Below, one piece after another: positions 39,459-49,774 of a DNA stretch of 64,000 nucleotides. The position numbers and the translations under genes were made by a program. Numbering within the stretch: position 1 is the first letter of the stretch; each line of letters opens with the position of its first letter. Origin of the DNA: Bacteroidota bacterium (lineage in GTDB: Bacteria; Bacteroidota; Bacteroidia; Flavobacteriales_F; PHOS-HE28); the NCBI GenBank assembly GCA_029573495.1, contig JAKQEI010000087.1, positions 59,586 to 123,585 of the forward strand, written 5' to 3'. Below the pieces are notes generated by a model. It was given only the letters and a program-made list of their open reading frames with translations. It did not search any database and had not been told where the DNA came from.

Positions 39459-40334
39459 CTAGAACTCGATCACCGTCTTCCGGCGCCCGCGGACAGGCTT
39501 CTTCGGGATCTTCTCCTCATCCGTGTTGCAGTAGTTGCGAACGATGAACTTGGAGTCGCTTTCCCCCAGGCGCGCTGCCTCCCGCCAGCTCTCGCACGCC
39601 ATTTCCTTGTTCTTCAGTGCGTAATAGCAGTCGGCCCGGTAGTACAGCGCATCCTTCAAGGACTCATCCTCCGCATCGATCACCTTCGTGAAGTTGTTGA
39701 TCGCCTCCTGGTAGCGACCCGTCTCGAACTGCAGCACCGCCAGGCTCATCAAGCCATCCGCTATGCCGGGCTTCAGGTTCAACGCGGCTTCGAGGTCCAG
39801 GATGCCCGCCTCCTCCTTGAAGAGCTCGCCCTTCACCACGCCACGCAGGAAGAGCGCATCGGCGTTGTTCGGTCGCAGTTCCAGGCAACGCTCCAGGTCA
39901 CGTAATGCTCCCTGGTTATTCCTGCCCAGGTAGTTGGCACAGGCCCGGTTGTACCACGCGTCGGGGTCCTGGTCGTCCAGGTCGATCGCCCGTTCGATGT
40001 CGCGCATGGCCTCCTTCACGCGCTGCTCGGTGATGTGCACCGCCGATCGGCTCACGAACAGGCGGGCGTTCTCCGGTTCCACCTTCTCGGCCTTCACATA
40101 ATCCATCAAGGCGCCATGCATGTCCTGCTGCCGCTGTTTGATGTCGCCACGCAGCTTGTACCCGCCGGGAATGGAGGGGTCCAGCCCAATGGCGCTGTCG
40201 GCGTGCGCGAGGGCCACCACCAGGTCGTTCGCCTTGTACGCGGACTGTGCGTTCTTCAAGTGATCATCGGCAGTGGCCTGTGCAAGGAGCAGCACCGGCA
40301 GTGCGGCCACACAGGCGGTCAGGGAGCGCAACAT
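39459..40334 (-). CDS. Secreted tetratricopeptide-repeat protein
   Basis: In-frame ATG at 40334 gives signal peptide MLRSLTACVAALPVLLLAQA. At least 6 TPR units (AWYNRACANYLGRNNQGALRDLERCLEL etc.). Confidence 0.65.
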   Translation of the reverse strand: MLRSLTACVAALPVLLLAQATADDHLKNAQSAYKANDLVVALAHADSAIGLDPSIPGGYKLRGDIKQRQQDMHGALMDYVKAEKVEPENARLFVSRSAVHITEQRVKEAMRDIERAIDLDDQDPDAWYNRACANYLGRNNQGALRDLERCLELRPNNADALFLRGVVKGELFKEEAGILDLEAALNLKPGIADGLMSLAVLQFETGRYQEAINNFTKVIDAEDESLKDALYYRADCYYALKNKEMACESWREAARLGESDSKFIVRNYCNTDEEKIPKKPVRGRRKTVIEF

Positions 40335-40425
40335 GGTCCGAAGATCGGACAAAGACCGGACCGTTCGCCGGAAAAGCTGGCCCGATCGCGATCCGTGACC
40401 GATGAACGTCGGAAGCAAGCGGATA

Positions 40426-40722
40426 TCAGGGCAGGTGATGCTCGCGTTCAACGCTCCACGCCTCGGCGGGTGCGGCGAAGAGTGCTTTCACTGTGGGCCA
40501 CACGTCGGAGAAGATCGCTGAGACCCGGTAGTTCTCGAGATCCGCCGGGCCGTCCCAGTGACTGTAGGTGAAGAAGACGCGGGGATCGTCCAGGTCGTGC
40601 AACAACTCCAGGTGTCGGCATCCCGGGAAGGAACGGATCCGTGGTTTCCAGCTTTCGAAGTGGTCTTGGAAACGCCCGATCTCCTCGGGTCGGAAGGTCA
40701 TCTTGACGATGCGGACGATCAT
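40426..40722 (-). CDS. Antibiotic-biosynthesis-monooxygenase (ABM) family protein
   Basis: 98-aa ferredoxin-like ABM pattern (MIVRIVKMTFRPEE ... FTYSHWD). N-terminal track ORF extension rejected. Confidence 0.65.
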   Translation of the reverse strand: MIVRIVKMTFRPEEIGRFQDHFESWKPRIRSFPGCRHLELLHDLDDPRVFFTYSHWDGPADLENYRVSAIFSDVWPTVKALFAAPAEAWSVEREHHLP

Positions 40723-40772
40723 GTTGTTCGGCTTCGGGACCCAGGGCGGCCGCTGCGAACCTACTGAAGCCG

Positions 40773-41585
40773 TCAATTCCGGCTCCGTTCTCCGAACTCG
40801 ATGCGCACGGTATCCTCCTGGTGCACACCGAAGAGCCGGGCCGCACCACCGCCGAAGCCCTCCACACCCTTGTTCACCGCGATCTCCAGCAGCCCGGTGG
40901 CGTTGAAGAAGGCCACGCGTTCGCCCTGCGGAACATCCCCGTAGGATCCATGCAGGTTCAGGATGTCGTCCGCGCGATGGCCGAAGCCGATGCGGAAGGA
41001 GCGGCCCTTGCATACATCATCGAAGAGCTGCTTGCGCACGTTGGTCACCAGGTTGCCGTAGCTGTCGATGTACACGACCTTGCCGCGGATGCTCGTGGGG
41101 TCCACCGCGGGCTTGAAGCCGATCAGCTCCTTCACCCGGACCACCTTCCGCCCGATCACGTCCACCGTACCGCCGCGCGCCAGATGGCAGGCAGCCTTCA
41201 CGAACACGCTTCGGGTGGGGAATGCCGCATGGTCGTTGTCCAGCTTCATGGTCAGTTCGAAGGCCTCGTGCGGCATGCCCTCGAACAACAGGGAGAAGAT
41301 ACCGTTATCCGCGCCGATGAAGTAGTGTCCATCATGTCGCACCACCAGGTGCGGGGTCTGGCCATCGGCCTCCGGGTTCACCCCGATGATGTGGATCGTT
41401 CCCCTCGGGAACTCGGGATAGGCCTGGCGCAGCACGAATGCGGCTTGTGCGCTGTCAAAGGGCTTGATCCCATGACTGATGTCAACGATACGCGCCTCAG
41501 GGTACTGGGTCCAGATCGCACCCTTCACCGTGGCCACGTAATGGTCCCGCAGGCCCATGTCGGTGGTGAGGGTGATGATGGACAT
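40773..41585 (-). CDS. SAM hydrolase / SAM-dependent hydroxide (halide) adenosyltransferase family protein (DUF62)
   Basis: Conserved pattern ITLTTDMGLRDHYVATVKG ... DISHGI ... VVHIDSYGNL-like (VVYIDSYGNLVTN). Confidence 0.75.
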   Translation of the reverse strand: MSIITLTTDMGLRDHYVATVKGAIWTQYPEARIVDISHGIKPFDSAQAAFVLRQAYPEFPRGTIHIIGVNPEADGQTPHLVVRHDGHYFIGADNGIFSLLFEGMPHEAFELTMKLDNDHAAFPTRSVFVKAACHLARGGTVDVIGRKVVRVKELIGFKPAVDPTSIRGKVVYIDSYGNLVTNVRKQLFDDVCKGRSFRIGFGHRADDILNLHGSYGDVPQGERVAFFNATGLLEIAVNKGVEGFGGGAARLFGVHQEDTVRIEFGERSRN

Positions 41586-41683
41586 GGCACTGCGGAGCGA
41601 AGGCAACATCTACCTTCGGCGTCCAAAACTATCCCGGCACGGAAAGGGGTTCGGGTGGAAGAAATCAACGATCGAAAGTTACT

Positions 41684-42649
41684 TTGATTGAGAAGCTGAT
41701 CACGATCACCGGGGTGGACCCCGTGGAGGTCTTGGGCGCCAACGACGCCAGCCTGCGCATCATCCGCGGGCACTTCCCCAAGCTCAGCATCATCGCCCGA
41801 GGCGATACGCTGAAATTGAGCGGGACGGAGAACGATATCACCCAGTTCGAGGAGCGCTTCAAGCAGCTCGTGGAACACGCGGCACGCTACAATGAGCTTC
41901 CGCGGAAGGTGCTCGATGATATCATGGGTACGCACACGAGTCCGGGGGAACGGGAGAACCCGGATGAAGCCGATGTGCTGGTGTACGGGAATGCGGGCCT
42001 GCGGGTGAAGGCGCGCACGCCCAACCAGGAACGCTTGGTGGAGGCGGTCGCGGCCAACGACATGGTCTTCGCCATCGGTCCCGCTGGCACGGGGAAGACC
42101 TATACCGCCGTGGCGCTTGCCGTGAAGGCGTTGAAGGAACGCAAGGTGCGGCGGATCGTGCTCACGCGACCGGCTGTGGAAGCGGGGGAGAACCTCGGCT
42201 TCCTGCCGGGCGACCTGCGGGAGAAGTTGGATCCGTACCTGCAGCCGCTCTACGATGCTTTACGGGAGATGATCCCCGCCTCGAAGCTCGCCGACCACCT
42301 GGACGAAGGGGTGATCCAGATCGCTCCGCTCGCCTTCATGCGCGGCCGCACGCTCGACCATGCGTTCGTCATCCTCGACGAGGCCCAGAACGCGACGCTC
42401 ACCCAGCTCAAGATGTTCCTCACCCGCATGGGGCGCAATGCCAAGTTCGTGATCACCGGCGATGCCACCCAGGTGGATCTGCCCGACCGGCAGCCCAGTG
42501 GCCTGCTTCCCGTGGTGAACATGCTGCGCAATGTGGAAGGAGTGGCGGTTGTGGAGCTGGACGAGAAGGACGTGATCCGGCATGAGCTCGTGACCAAGGT
42601 GCTGAAGGCCTTCCGAGAGCTGGAGGCGAAGAACGAGCGGAAGTCATGA
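41684..42649 (+). CDS. phoH: PhoH-family ATPase
   Basis: Walker A GPAGTGKTY, Walker B FVILDEAQN. Confidence 0.9.
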   Translation: MIEKLITITGVDPVEVLGANDASLRIIRGHFPKLSIIARGDTLKLSGTENDITQFEERFKQLVEHAARYNELPRKVLDDIMGTHTSPGERENPDEADVLVYGNAGLRVKARTPNQERLVEAVAANDMVFAIGPAGTGKTYTAVALAVKALKERKVRRIVLTRPAVEAGENLGFLPGDLREKLDPYLQPLYDALREMIPASKLADHLDEGVIQIAPLAFMRGRTLDHAFVILDEAQNATLTQLKMFLTRMGRNAKFVITGDATQVDLPDRQPSGLLPVVNMLRNVEGVAVVELDEKDVIRHELVTKVLKAFRELEAKNERKS

Positions 42650-43599
42650 CGACCATGGACGCGACCTTGATGCGCACCGACCTGCACCTGCCAGGCGTCT
42701 CATCCATTCACCGGGGTAAGGTGCGGGACGTATACCACCTACAGGACGGCCGCACGATCCTTGTGGCCACCGACCGGATCAGTGCCTTCGATGTCATCCT
42801 GCCGCGCGGCATCCCGCACAAAGGACAGGTGCTCACACAGTTGAGCTGGCACATGCTGCAGGCAACAGCACCGGTGGCGCCGAACTGGGCCATCGCTACA
42901 CCCGACCCGAACGTGGTGATCGGCCACACGGCGAAGACCATTCCCGTGGAGATGGTGGTGCGCGGCTATCTGGCCGGTCATGCCTGGCGGCAGTACAAGG
43001 CGGGGCACCGCACCCTCTGTGGAGCGACCATGGCCGATGGCCTCCGCGAGAACGACCGCTTCCCCGAGCCATTGATTACCCCGAGCACCAAGGCCTCGGA
43101 AGGGCACGATGAGGACATCACCCCGCAGCAGATCCTCGACCGTGGCATCTGCACGCCCGCCGAATGGGACATGCTGTGCCGGTACGCCCTGGCCCTCTTT
43201 GCTGAAGGGACCCGGCTCGCCCGTGAGCGCGGCTTGATCCTGGTGGACACGAAGTACGAGTTCGGTCGGACGACCGATGGCCGCATCCTATTGATCGATG
43301 AGGTACACACGCCTGATAGTTCGCGCTACTTCCATGCCGACGGCTATGCTGAGCGGCAGGAGCGGGGCGAGGCCCAGAAGCAGTTGAGCAAGGAGTTCGT
43401 GCGGGAATGGCTCATCGCACACGACTTCATGGGCAAGGATGGTCAGCATGTCCCGGCCATGGACGACGCCTTCGTGCGCAGCGTCACCGAACGTTACACG
43501 GAACTCTACGAACGGATCACAGGGCTGCGCTTCGTGCCGGCACCGGCAGGCGACATGAACGCGCGGGTGCAGGAAGCCTTGGGCAACTACCTCCGCTGA
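42646..43599 (+). CDS. purC: Phosphoribosylaminoimidazole-succinocarboxamide synthase
   Basis: SAICAR synthetase signature (HRGKVRDVY ... LVDTKYEFG). 4-bp overlap with phoH. Confidence 0.9.
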   Translation: MTTMDATLMRTDLHLPGVSSIHRGKVRDVYHLQDGRTILVATDRISAFDVILPRGIPHKGQVLTQLSWHMLQATAPVAPNWAIATPDPNVVIGHTAKTIPVEMVVRGYLAGHAWRQYKAGHRTLCGATMADGLRENDRFPEPLITPSTKASEGHDEDITPQQILDRGICTPAEWDMLCRYALALFAEGTRLARERGLILVDTKYEFGRTTDGRILLIDEVHTPDSSRYFHADGYAERQERGEAQKQLSKEFVREWLIAHDFMGKDGQHVPAMDDAFVRSVTERYTELYERITGLRFVPAPAGDMNARVQEALGNYLR

Positions 43600-43609
43600 C
43601 ACGCGGTCT

Positions 43610-44728
43610 TCAACGCTGGAAGAACGCGGCGGTGGCCGGCCGTGTCCTCGTCCTCGGGAGACCTCGACCACCGGTGAAGAGGCCATACAACACCGGCATC
43701 CGGCGCGAGAGCCAGGCCGCGGTGCTGAAGCAGATCACCATGGTCACCAGCGGAGCCACCACGTAGATCATCAGTGCGGCCAATGGGGTGTCGCCCGACA
43801 GGAGGAAGAGGCTCTTCTTCAACACGGTGATCAGAGGCTCATGCGCGGCGTACAGGAAGAAGGAATAAGCCGACAACTTGAACAGGAAGCTACCCTTGAC
43901 ATCATCATCGCCCACCACCAGGTCGTACCATACCCATACCGCCGCCAGACCGAGCACGGTCGAAAGCTTGTGCATCACACGGACCACCTCGATATCCGCG
44001 GCGTTCAATAGCACCACGGCCGTCTTCGCCATCAGCAGGGCCAGCCAGCCCGCCACCAGCGTGCGACGTTGGCCGGTCGTGATGCTCGGGGTCCGGCCGG
44101 GTCCGCGCATGAACAACCAGGCCCCAGCGAGGTAGAAGGGCAGGGATTCGTTGGCGAGCACCACCAGGTCGATCTCGAACCACCAGGTGATCGCTGCAGG
44201 AAGTAGCGTCCACGCACCGATACGTCGGATGAGGACCATGAACACGGGGCTCAGGGCGAAGAGCACCATCAGGTCGCGCAGGAACCAGAGCTGATAGGGG
44301 ATCGGGTCAAGGAGGATCTTGTCGAACACCTGCAACGCAGAGAGCCCCCAGACCGGATTGTTGGGGAAGAGGCTGCGCATGGAGGAGGGCCATTGCATGA
44401 GCAGGTAGAGCAGGAAACCAGTGATCGACCAGAGCAGGTAGGGCACAGCGATGGTTCGCAGACGTTTCCTGAATTGAGTCAGGAAGCCGTCCCCGGGCCG
44501 CAGTACGGAGCGATGGAAGAAGTATCCTGACAGGATGAAGAACATGGGCACGCGGAACCGCGCAAGGCCCTGGCTCACGAAGTACTGGATGCTGAAGTTG
44601 AGCCCGTCCCAGGAGAGAACCCGGCCATGGAACGTGTTGGCCGGATAGGTGTACGCGTGCACCAAAGTGAGCAATACCATGGTGATCAAGGAGACCACCC
44701 GGATCTTGTCACTGAGTCTTGGGTCCAT
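43610..44728 (-). CDS. Acyltransferase-3 (OatA/OpgC-like) family membrane protein
   Basis: 10-TM profile with N-terminal conserved His (LTLVHAY) typical of acyltransferase 3 family. Confidence 0.75.
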   Translation of the reverse strand: MDPRLSDKIRVVSLITMVLLTLVHAYTYPANTFHGRVLSWDGLNFSIQYFVSQGLARFRVPMFFILSGYFFHRSVLRPGDGFLTQFRKRLRTIAVPYLLWSITGFLLYLLMQWPSSMRSLFPNNPVWGLSALQVFDKILLDPIPYQLWFLRDLMVLFALSPVFMVLIRRIGAWTLLPAAITWWFEIDLVVLANESLPFYLAGAWLFMRGPGRTPSITTGQRRTLVAGWLALLMAKTAVVLLNAADIEVVRVMHKLSTVLGLAAVWVWYDLVVGDDDVKGSFLFKLSAYSFFLYAAHEPLITVLKKSLFLLSGDTPLAALMIYVVAPLVTMVICFSTAAWLSRRMPVLYGLFTGGRGLPRTRTRPATAAFFQR

Positions 44729-44741
44729 CGGTGCGTGGCAA

Positions 44742-46205
44742 ATGTGGGCGCTCCCGTTGCGAAGTGCCAGCGGTGGGGGTCCTACTTTCGAGCCTGTGCC
44801 GGTTCATTACGCATCCTTCCGATGGTGGCTCCTGCTGCCTGTGCTCGTGGCCTGCGCCTGGGTGAGCACGGCAGGCTACCAGGGGCTCAACGGCCAGGAT
44901 GCGCACGACTACCTGCACCTCGCGGGCGGCTGGGATGCCTGGATGAGCGGTGGCGAACGACCTGTCATGGTGGAGCATCCGCATGGCTATCCCTTGCTCG
45001 GGGCCGTACTCGGTAAGCTTTCGGGTACGCTGTTCGCGATGCGTCTCATCCCATTGGTGGCATGGATGGGGATCGTATGGCTCATGCACCGGCTTCTGCG
45101 CAGGGATCTGACGGATGAACATGGCCTGACGGTCTATGTGTTGCTTGCTGTCTCCTTGGCTCCCTTCCTCCTGCGTCAGGCCCTGACGGTCATGAGCGAT
45201 GCTCCCGCATTGTTCCTCATCGTGGCTGCCTTTGCTGCGTACATCCGTTGGAAAGGGGGTGGTGGTACGTGGATGATCGTGTGGATGGCGCTTGCACTCG
45301 GTATCTCATTGACCGTTCGCACCGCAGCCGCACCGCTAGTGATCACCATGATCCTCCTCGTGGCATCGGACCGGATGGCACATCGGTTCGGCAGCCGCAC
45401 GCGCCGCATGATCAAGCTCCTTGGCGTGGGAACAGGCTTGGTCGTACTGTGGCTCCTTCGTCGCAACGGGGTCCTTCTCGATGGCCCGCTCGCGGATTGG
45501 ACTCCGCTCAACTGGTTCCGCAGTGAACTGCGCTCCGATGACGGTGTGCTGCGCTACACCTTGCCCAATCTGATGTACGCCGCATTCACATGTATCCATC
45601 CGGGCCAGTTCCCGCTCGGCGTGCTCCTGATCCCGTTCTTCCGGAAAGCCCACTTGAAGGACCCGCTCGTCCGACCCGCGGTGATCCTTCTTCTCGTTTA
45701 CCTGCTCTTCGTTGCAGGACTGCCGTTCCAGAATGACCGCGTTCTGCTCGCGGCACAGCCGTTCATCGTGATCACCTTTCACAAGGCCTTCACCGAGTCA
45801 TGGTCCTGGCTCAGGAAACGGGGATCATCCACGTGGATCACCGTGATCGGCATATCCATCGTTCAGGTCGCGCTCTTCGTTCGAGCCATGGTCCCCTTCG
45901 TGCGTCAGGCGGCAGCGGAACGTGAGGTGGCGGCCACCACCTGTGCCTTCGAGCCTGCACGGATCTACACCCATGGCATGGGTGCGGCATTGCTCACGTA
46001 TTGCCCGGGCGTGCGGGTCACGGAGCTGTGGTACGCGGAGATCGACCGCTTCGAGCCCGGTGCCTTCATCGTTGTTCGGCCCGAGGATCTCTCGAGCCAG
46101 TGGGTGGGCCGGCCACCGGGAACCAATTGGGACGCGCTACAACGGGCAGGAGCCTTTCCGGTGGTCGTTCGACCGGATGGATGGCTGATCGCCCGGCTAC
46201 CCTGA
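44742..46205 (+). CDS. GT-C-fold membrane glycosyltransferase-like protein (ArnT/PMT, GT39/GT83-like)
   Basis: About 11 TM helices. First periplasmic loop with D-x-H-D-Y (QDAHDYLHLAGGW) resembling the GT-C DE/DD motif. Start set to first ATG not overlapping convergent gene; track start is GTG at 44649. Confidence 0.45.
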   Translation: MWALPLRSASGGGPTFEPVPVHYASFRWWLLLPVLVACAWVSTAGYQGLNGQDAHDYLHLAGGWDAWMSGGERPVMVEHPHGYPLLGAVLGKLSGTLFAMRLIPLVAWMGIVWLMHRLLRRDLTDEHGLTVYVLLAVSLAPFLLRQALTVMSDAPALFLIVAAFAAYIRWKGGGGTWMIVWMALALGISLTVRTAAAPLVITMILLVASDRMAHRFGSRTRRMIKLLGVGTGLVVLWLLRRNGVLLDGPLADWTPLNWFRSELRSDDGVLRYTLPNLMYAAFTCIHPGQFPLGVLLIPFFRKAHLKDPLVRPAVILLLVYLLFVAGLPFQNDRVLLAAQPFIVITFHKAFTESWSWLRKRGSSTWITVIGISIVQVALFVRAMVPFVRQAAAEREVAATTCAFEPARIYTHGMGAALLTYCPGVRVTELWYAEIDRFEPGAFIVVRPEDLSSQWVGRPPGTNWDALQRAGAFPVVVRPDGWLIARLP

Positions 46206-46751
46206 GACCTCCTCCTTTCCCAGGCGAAGTCGCAGCACGTTCTGGACGTCTGTCAGAATAGCCGCCTTGTACGGATCCTGATCGGTCATACCAACACGCT
46301 CCATTCGACGAAGAGCGGCACGGGCCTCTTTCTCCGACCAGAACTCCTGGTTCTCGATCACCGTGAGGCATTCGAAGGATTCGGCTGCTGTTCCGGAGAG
46401 AGCGATGTCTACGAAGGTCTCCAGGCGTCCGCGCACGTCGATGCCGGCGTTCCAGAACGTGCTGAGGATGGTGGCCCTGATCCCGGCGAATTCCGCATCC
46501 TCCAAAGCGGCGAAGAGCGCCTCATCGGCTTGGGCGGCCTTCACCTGGAACAGGAGCTGGGTGATCCGCTGCTGGATGGCGGGGGAGTGGTTGTTCGCGA
46601 GTGCGACCAGTAGTGGCCGGATGGCACGCGCATCGCCCTCCGCATCGATCCGGGTGATGGCCGCCAGCACCTCCTCGTCGTCCTTGCTCAACAAGGAGGC
46701 GAAGGCGAGATCCATGCGCTTGGCCTTTTCAGTGGACTTGGAGGTTGCCAT
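46197..46751 (-). CDS. Hypothetical all-alpha (HEAT/ARM-like) protein
   Basis: In-frame ATG MATSKS at 46751. Upstream 84 codons of track ORF overlap end of OMP gene and are rejected. Confidence 0.4.
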   Translation of the reverse strand: MATSKSTEKAKRMDLAFASLLSKDDEEVLAAITRIDAEGDARAIRPLLVALANNHSPAIQQRITQLLFQVKAAQADEALFAALEDAEFAGIRATILSTFWNAGIDVRGRLETFVDIALSGTAAESFECLTVIENQEFWSEKEARAALRRMERVGMTDQDPYKAAILTDVQNVLRLRLGKEEVSG

Positions 46752-46785
46752 GGGGCCACGAAGGTAAAGCCGAAGCAACCCGGGA

Positions 46786-47796
46786 TCAGAGCCGCATGTA
46801 GGTGCGACGACCCGGTCGGCGTTTGAACTTATAGGATACCTCGAGGCTGAAATAGCTGAAGGAATCCAGCAACCCGGGATTGCCGCGACGGCTCGTCTTG
46901 ATGTCGTCGTTGTCCCCGACCGTGCCCCATCCTGTGGGATCGCTGATGTATCGCGCCAGCGTTCGATCACGATCGCTCTCGTAGAGCGCGTCGATCTGCT
47001 CATAGGTGGCGTACAGGTCGCTCACATCGTCCAGCTCGTCCGTCATGAACATGTAGTAGCAATACTCCACGCCCACGCTCAACTGCTTCGTCAACATGTA
47101 GCGCAGTCCCACGCCCATGGGCACACCGACGTGCCATGGCTTGTACTTGCGCGGCTTGCCCAGGTCCTTGTCCGTCCGGCTCGTTTCGGTGAGCCAGCTT
47201 CCCAGGTCGGTCTCATACCTGCCATCCCGTTCGATCACGGCCGCATTGGGTGTGCCGCGTGGTGCATCGCGGATCGTGCCATCGGACCAGAAGTAGTAGC
47301 GGTTCTCCGGATCCACGGTGCCACGGAAGAGGTCGGCCTTCGGCCGACCGTGGTAGATGCCCACACCAAGGTGGAAGAACATGAAGAACCGCTGCTGGAA
47401 GAGCGGGGTGTACGGTTCACGATAGGCATTGAGCACGAGGTGTCCCGATGCCCCGAGCAGGTCGTTGCGGAAGCTCAGCCCCCGGCGGAAGTTCTTCAGT
47501 TCAGTGGTAGGCACGTTGCGCATGGGGGCCGTTTCATCATAGCCGATGCGGAACCAGCTCAACCGGACCTCGGTCGTCAACGAACGGGTCACATACCGCT
47601 TCTTGTTGTTCAGGAAGTCCCGGAAGGTGACCTGCATGCCCGGACGCGCGCTGTTCCACTGAACTGGGCCGTCGATGTTGCCCAGATCCCCGTAGTAATG
47701 GGTCACGCCGGTGGCCAGCCCGATCTCCAGGTTGCGTTGCGCTCCGGCAAGCCCCGAAAGCAGGAGGGTGGTGACGAGAAGTGTCGGCCGGACCAT
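46786..47796 (-). CDS. Outer-membrane beta-barrel protein (DUF6089-like)
   Basis: Signal peptide MVRPTLLVTTLLLSGLAGAQ. Beta-strand periodicity. C-terminal ...SYKF. Confidence 0.55.
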   Translation of the reverse strand: MVRPTLLVTTLLLSGLAGAQRNLEIGLATGVTHYYGDLGNIDGPVQWNSARPGMQVTFRDFLNNKKRYVTRSLTTEVRLSWFRIGYDETAPMRNVPTTELKNFRRGLSFRNDLLGASGHLVLNAYREPYTPLFQQRFFMFFHLGVGIYHGRPKADLFRGTVDPENRYYFWSDGTIRDAPRGTPNAAVIERDGRYETDLGSWLTETSRTDKDLGKPRKYKPWHVGVPMGVGLRYMLTKQLSVGVEYCYYMFMTDELDDVSDLYATYEQIDALYESDRDRTLARYISDPTGWGTVGDNDDIKTSRRGNPGLLDSFSYFSLEVSYKFKRRPGRRTYMRL

Positions 47797-47861
47797 GGTT
47801 CGCAGCCTCTAATGTATGATGGTCAGACGCCGGAGTGGGCTTTGGTTGCCCGATCGACCGG

Positions 47862-48545
47862 TCAGGATGCTTTGGCCGGACGTTCCCCGAAGATGGCCGT
47901 TCCGATGCGCACAAGGGTGCTCCCGGCAGCGATGGCGAGTGGTGCATCCCCGCTCATGCCCATGCTCAAGCTATCGAAGGCCGGGCCTCCGGATCGATCG
48001 CGGAGCTGCTGGAAGAGCGCGGCGAGGACCGCGAACTCCATACCTACCACGGCCTCGTCATCGGTGTTCGTGGCCATGCCCATCAACCCGCGGATCCGCA
48101 CATGCTGCCATCGCCAGGGCGCTTCGACCAGGGCGAGCAACTCCTCCGCACTGAACCCATGCTTCGTGTCCTCCTGGGCGATATGCACCTGTAGCAGCAC
48201 CTCAAGGACCCGGCCTACCTGTGCTGCCCGCTTGTCCAGCTCATCCAACAACCGGATGCTGTCCACCCCATGGATCAGGTGAACGAAGGGGGCGATCTGC
48301 TTCACCTTGTTGCTTTGCAGATGGCCGATGAAATGCCACTCGATGTCGGCAGGAAGCCGGCTCTGCTTTTCACACAGCTCCTGGATGTAGTTCTCACCAA
48401 AGGCACGGTGGCCCAGTTCGTACAAGGCTTGGACCTCCTCCACGCTCCGGGTCTTGCTCACGGCGACCAGGGTTACGTGCGCTGGGATGCCACTTCGCAC
48501 GGTCTGGTACCGTGCGGCAAGTTCGACGCGTTCCTCCTCCGTCAT
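47862..48545 (-). CDS. yggS: YggS-family pyridoxal phosphate homeostasis protein
   Basis: PLP-binding Lys motif (LVAVSKTRS). Alanine-racemase N-terminal domain-like TIM barrel sequence. Confidence 0.85.
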   Translation of the reverse strand: MTEEERVELAARYQTVRSGIPAHVTLVAVSKTRSVEEVQALYELGHRAFGENYIQELCEKQSRLPADIEWHFIGHLQSNKVKQIAPFVHLIHGVDSIRLLDELDKRAAQVGRVLEVLLQVHIAQEDTKHGFSAEELLALVEAPWRWQHVRIRGLMGMATNTDDEAVVGMEFAVLAALFQQLRDRSGGPAFDSLSMGMSGDAPLAIAAGSTLVRIGTAIFGERPAKAS

Positions 48546-48547
48546 CC

Positions 48548-49774
48548 TCAGAGGTCTTCCAAGCTGTAAACGGTCATGCCGCTCCTCAATTTCGGCTCGA
48601 TGTAGGTGCTCTTCGGTGGCATCCGGTCGCCGGCATCGGCCACGGCCTTCAGCTCCTCGAAGCTCACAGGCCGCAGGTTGAAGGCCACGGCAGCCTCCCC
48701 GCTTTTCACCATGCGCTCCAGTTCCTCGGGGCCGGAAGTACCGGGAATGAAGCGCACATGTGGATCGGTGCGGAGGTCATGGATCCCGAGGACCGGGTCA
48801 AGGATCGCCTGGCTCAGGATCGAGGCGTCCAACCGATCGGCGGCACCAGCACGCGCAGGAGGTGTTGGCAGGCTGATGGAGAACCACCCCTGCCGGGTAC
48901 AAACGTTCACCGTGCCGTGTTCGGGCGCAGCGGTGGGCACAGCCATCGGTCCCTTTAACTCGCCCACCTTGTTCAGGGCCTCCAGGAACTCATCCGTCTC
49001 CATGCCGTTCAAGCTGGTGACGGCCCGGTCGAAGTTGTGTATGTGCAGGTGCTCCTCGGGGACGATGAACGCGAGGCACCATGCCTTGGGTGCATCGGCG
49101 AAAGCACCCCTGCTCTCCGCAAGGCGCGCGCTGCTTGCCATGCGGTGATGTCCGTCCGCGATGTAGAGCGCATCGATGGCGGTGAACCGCCTACCCAGTG
49201 CATCCAGCAAGGCCGGTTCATGGATCGCCCAATACCGGTGCCGCACCCGATCGGTGGTGCTGAAGTCGTAGGTCGGACGTTCATTCAGTATGTCACCCAT
49301 CACGGCTTCCAGGCCATTGCCAGCCGGAGCGGCCAGCAGGACCGGCTCGGCGTTGATGCCCGTGGCGTCCAGGTAGTCCTTGAAGAGCTCCTCGCGTGCC
49401 TGCAACGTGTGTTCATGCACCTTCACCTTGCCACCCCGATAATCACCAACGGAAACGGCGGTGATCAGACCACGGGAGAGCAGGCCCTTGCGGCTCTGCT
49501 CATAGAGGTAGATGCAGGGTTGTTCATCCCGCACGTACCAGCCTTCTCCGATGAATTCGTTCCATTTCCGGCGCACGTTCTGGAACCTGTCCTGCCGGCT
49601 CAATGGTTCGTCCTTCCCATGATCCGGGTGGATCACGTGCAGGAAGCTGAACGGATTCCCGATCAGTTTATCCCGCAATTGGTCATCGGTATAGGACACG
49701 TAGGACCGGGACCCCACCAGATGGGCCTTATCCGCCGTCGGGCGCCAGGCGCGGAAGGGACGGATGCGGATCAT
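48548..49774 (-). CDS. DUF1015 domain protein
   Basis: Characteristic DUF1015 N-terminus (IRPFRAWRP...HLVGSRSYVSY). Co-operonic with serA/serC as often observed. Confidence 0.7.
   Translation of the reverse strand: MIRIRPFRAWRPTADKAHLVGSRSYVSYTDDQLRDKLIGNPFSFLHVIHPDHGKDEPLSRQDRFQNVRRKWNEFIGEGWYVRDEQPCIYLYEQSRKGLLSRGLITAVSVGDYRGGKVKVHEHTLQAREELFKDYLDATGINAEPVLLAAPAGNGLEAVMGDILNERPTYDFSTTDRVRHRYWAIHEPALLDALGRRFTAIDALYIADGHHRMASSARLAESRGAFADAPKAWCLAFIVPEEHLHIHNFDRAVTSLNGMETDEFLEALNKVGELKGPMAVPTAAPEHGTVNVCTRQGWFSISLPTPPARAGAADRLDASILSQAILDPVLGIHDLRTDPHVRFIPGTSGPEELERMVKSGEAAVAFNLRPVSFEELKAVADAGDRMPPKSTYIEPKLRSGMTVYSLEDL

Noticed and set aside
44649-44741. GTG start at 44649 for the GT-C-like membrane protein
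   Set aside because: Would overlap the convergent acyltransferase gene by 80 nt. The first in-frame ATG (44742) avoids the overlap, though the true start remains uncertain.
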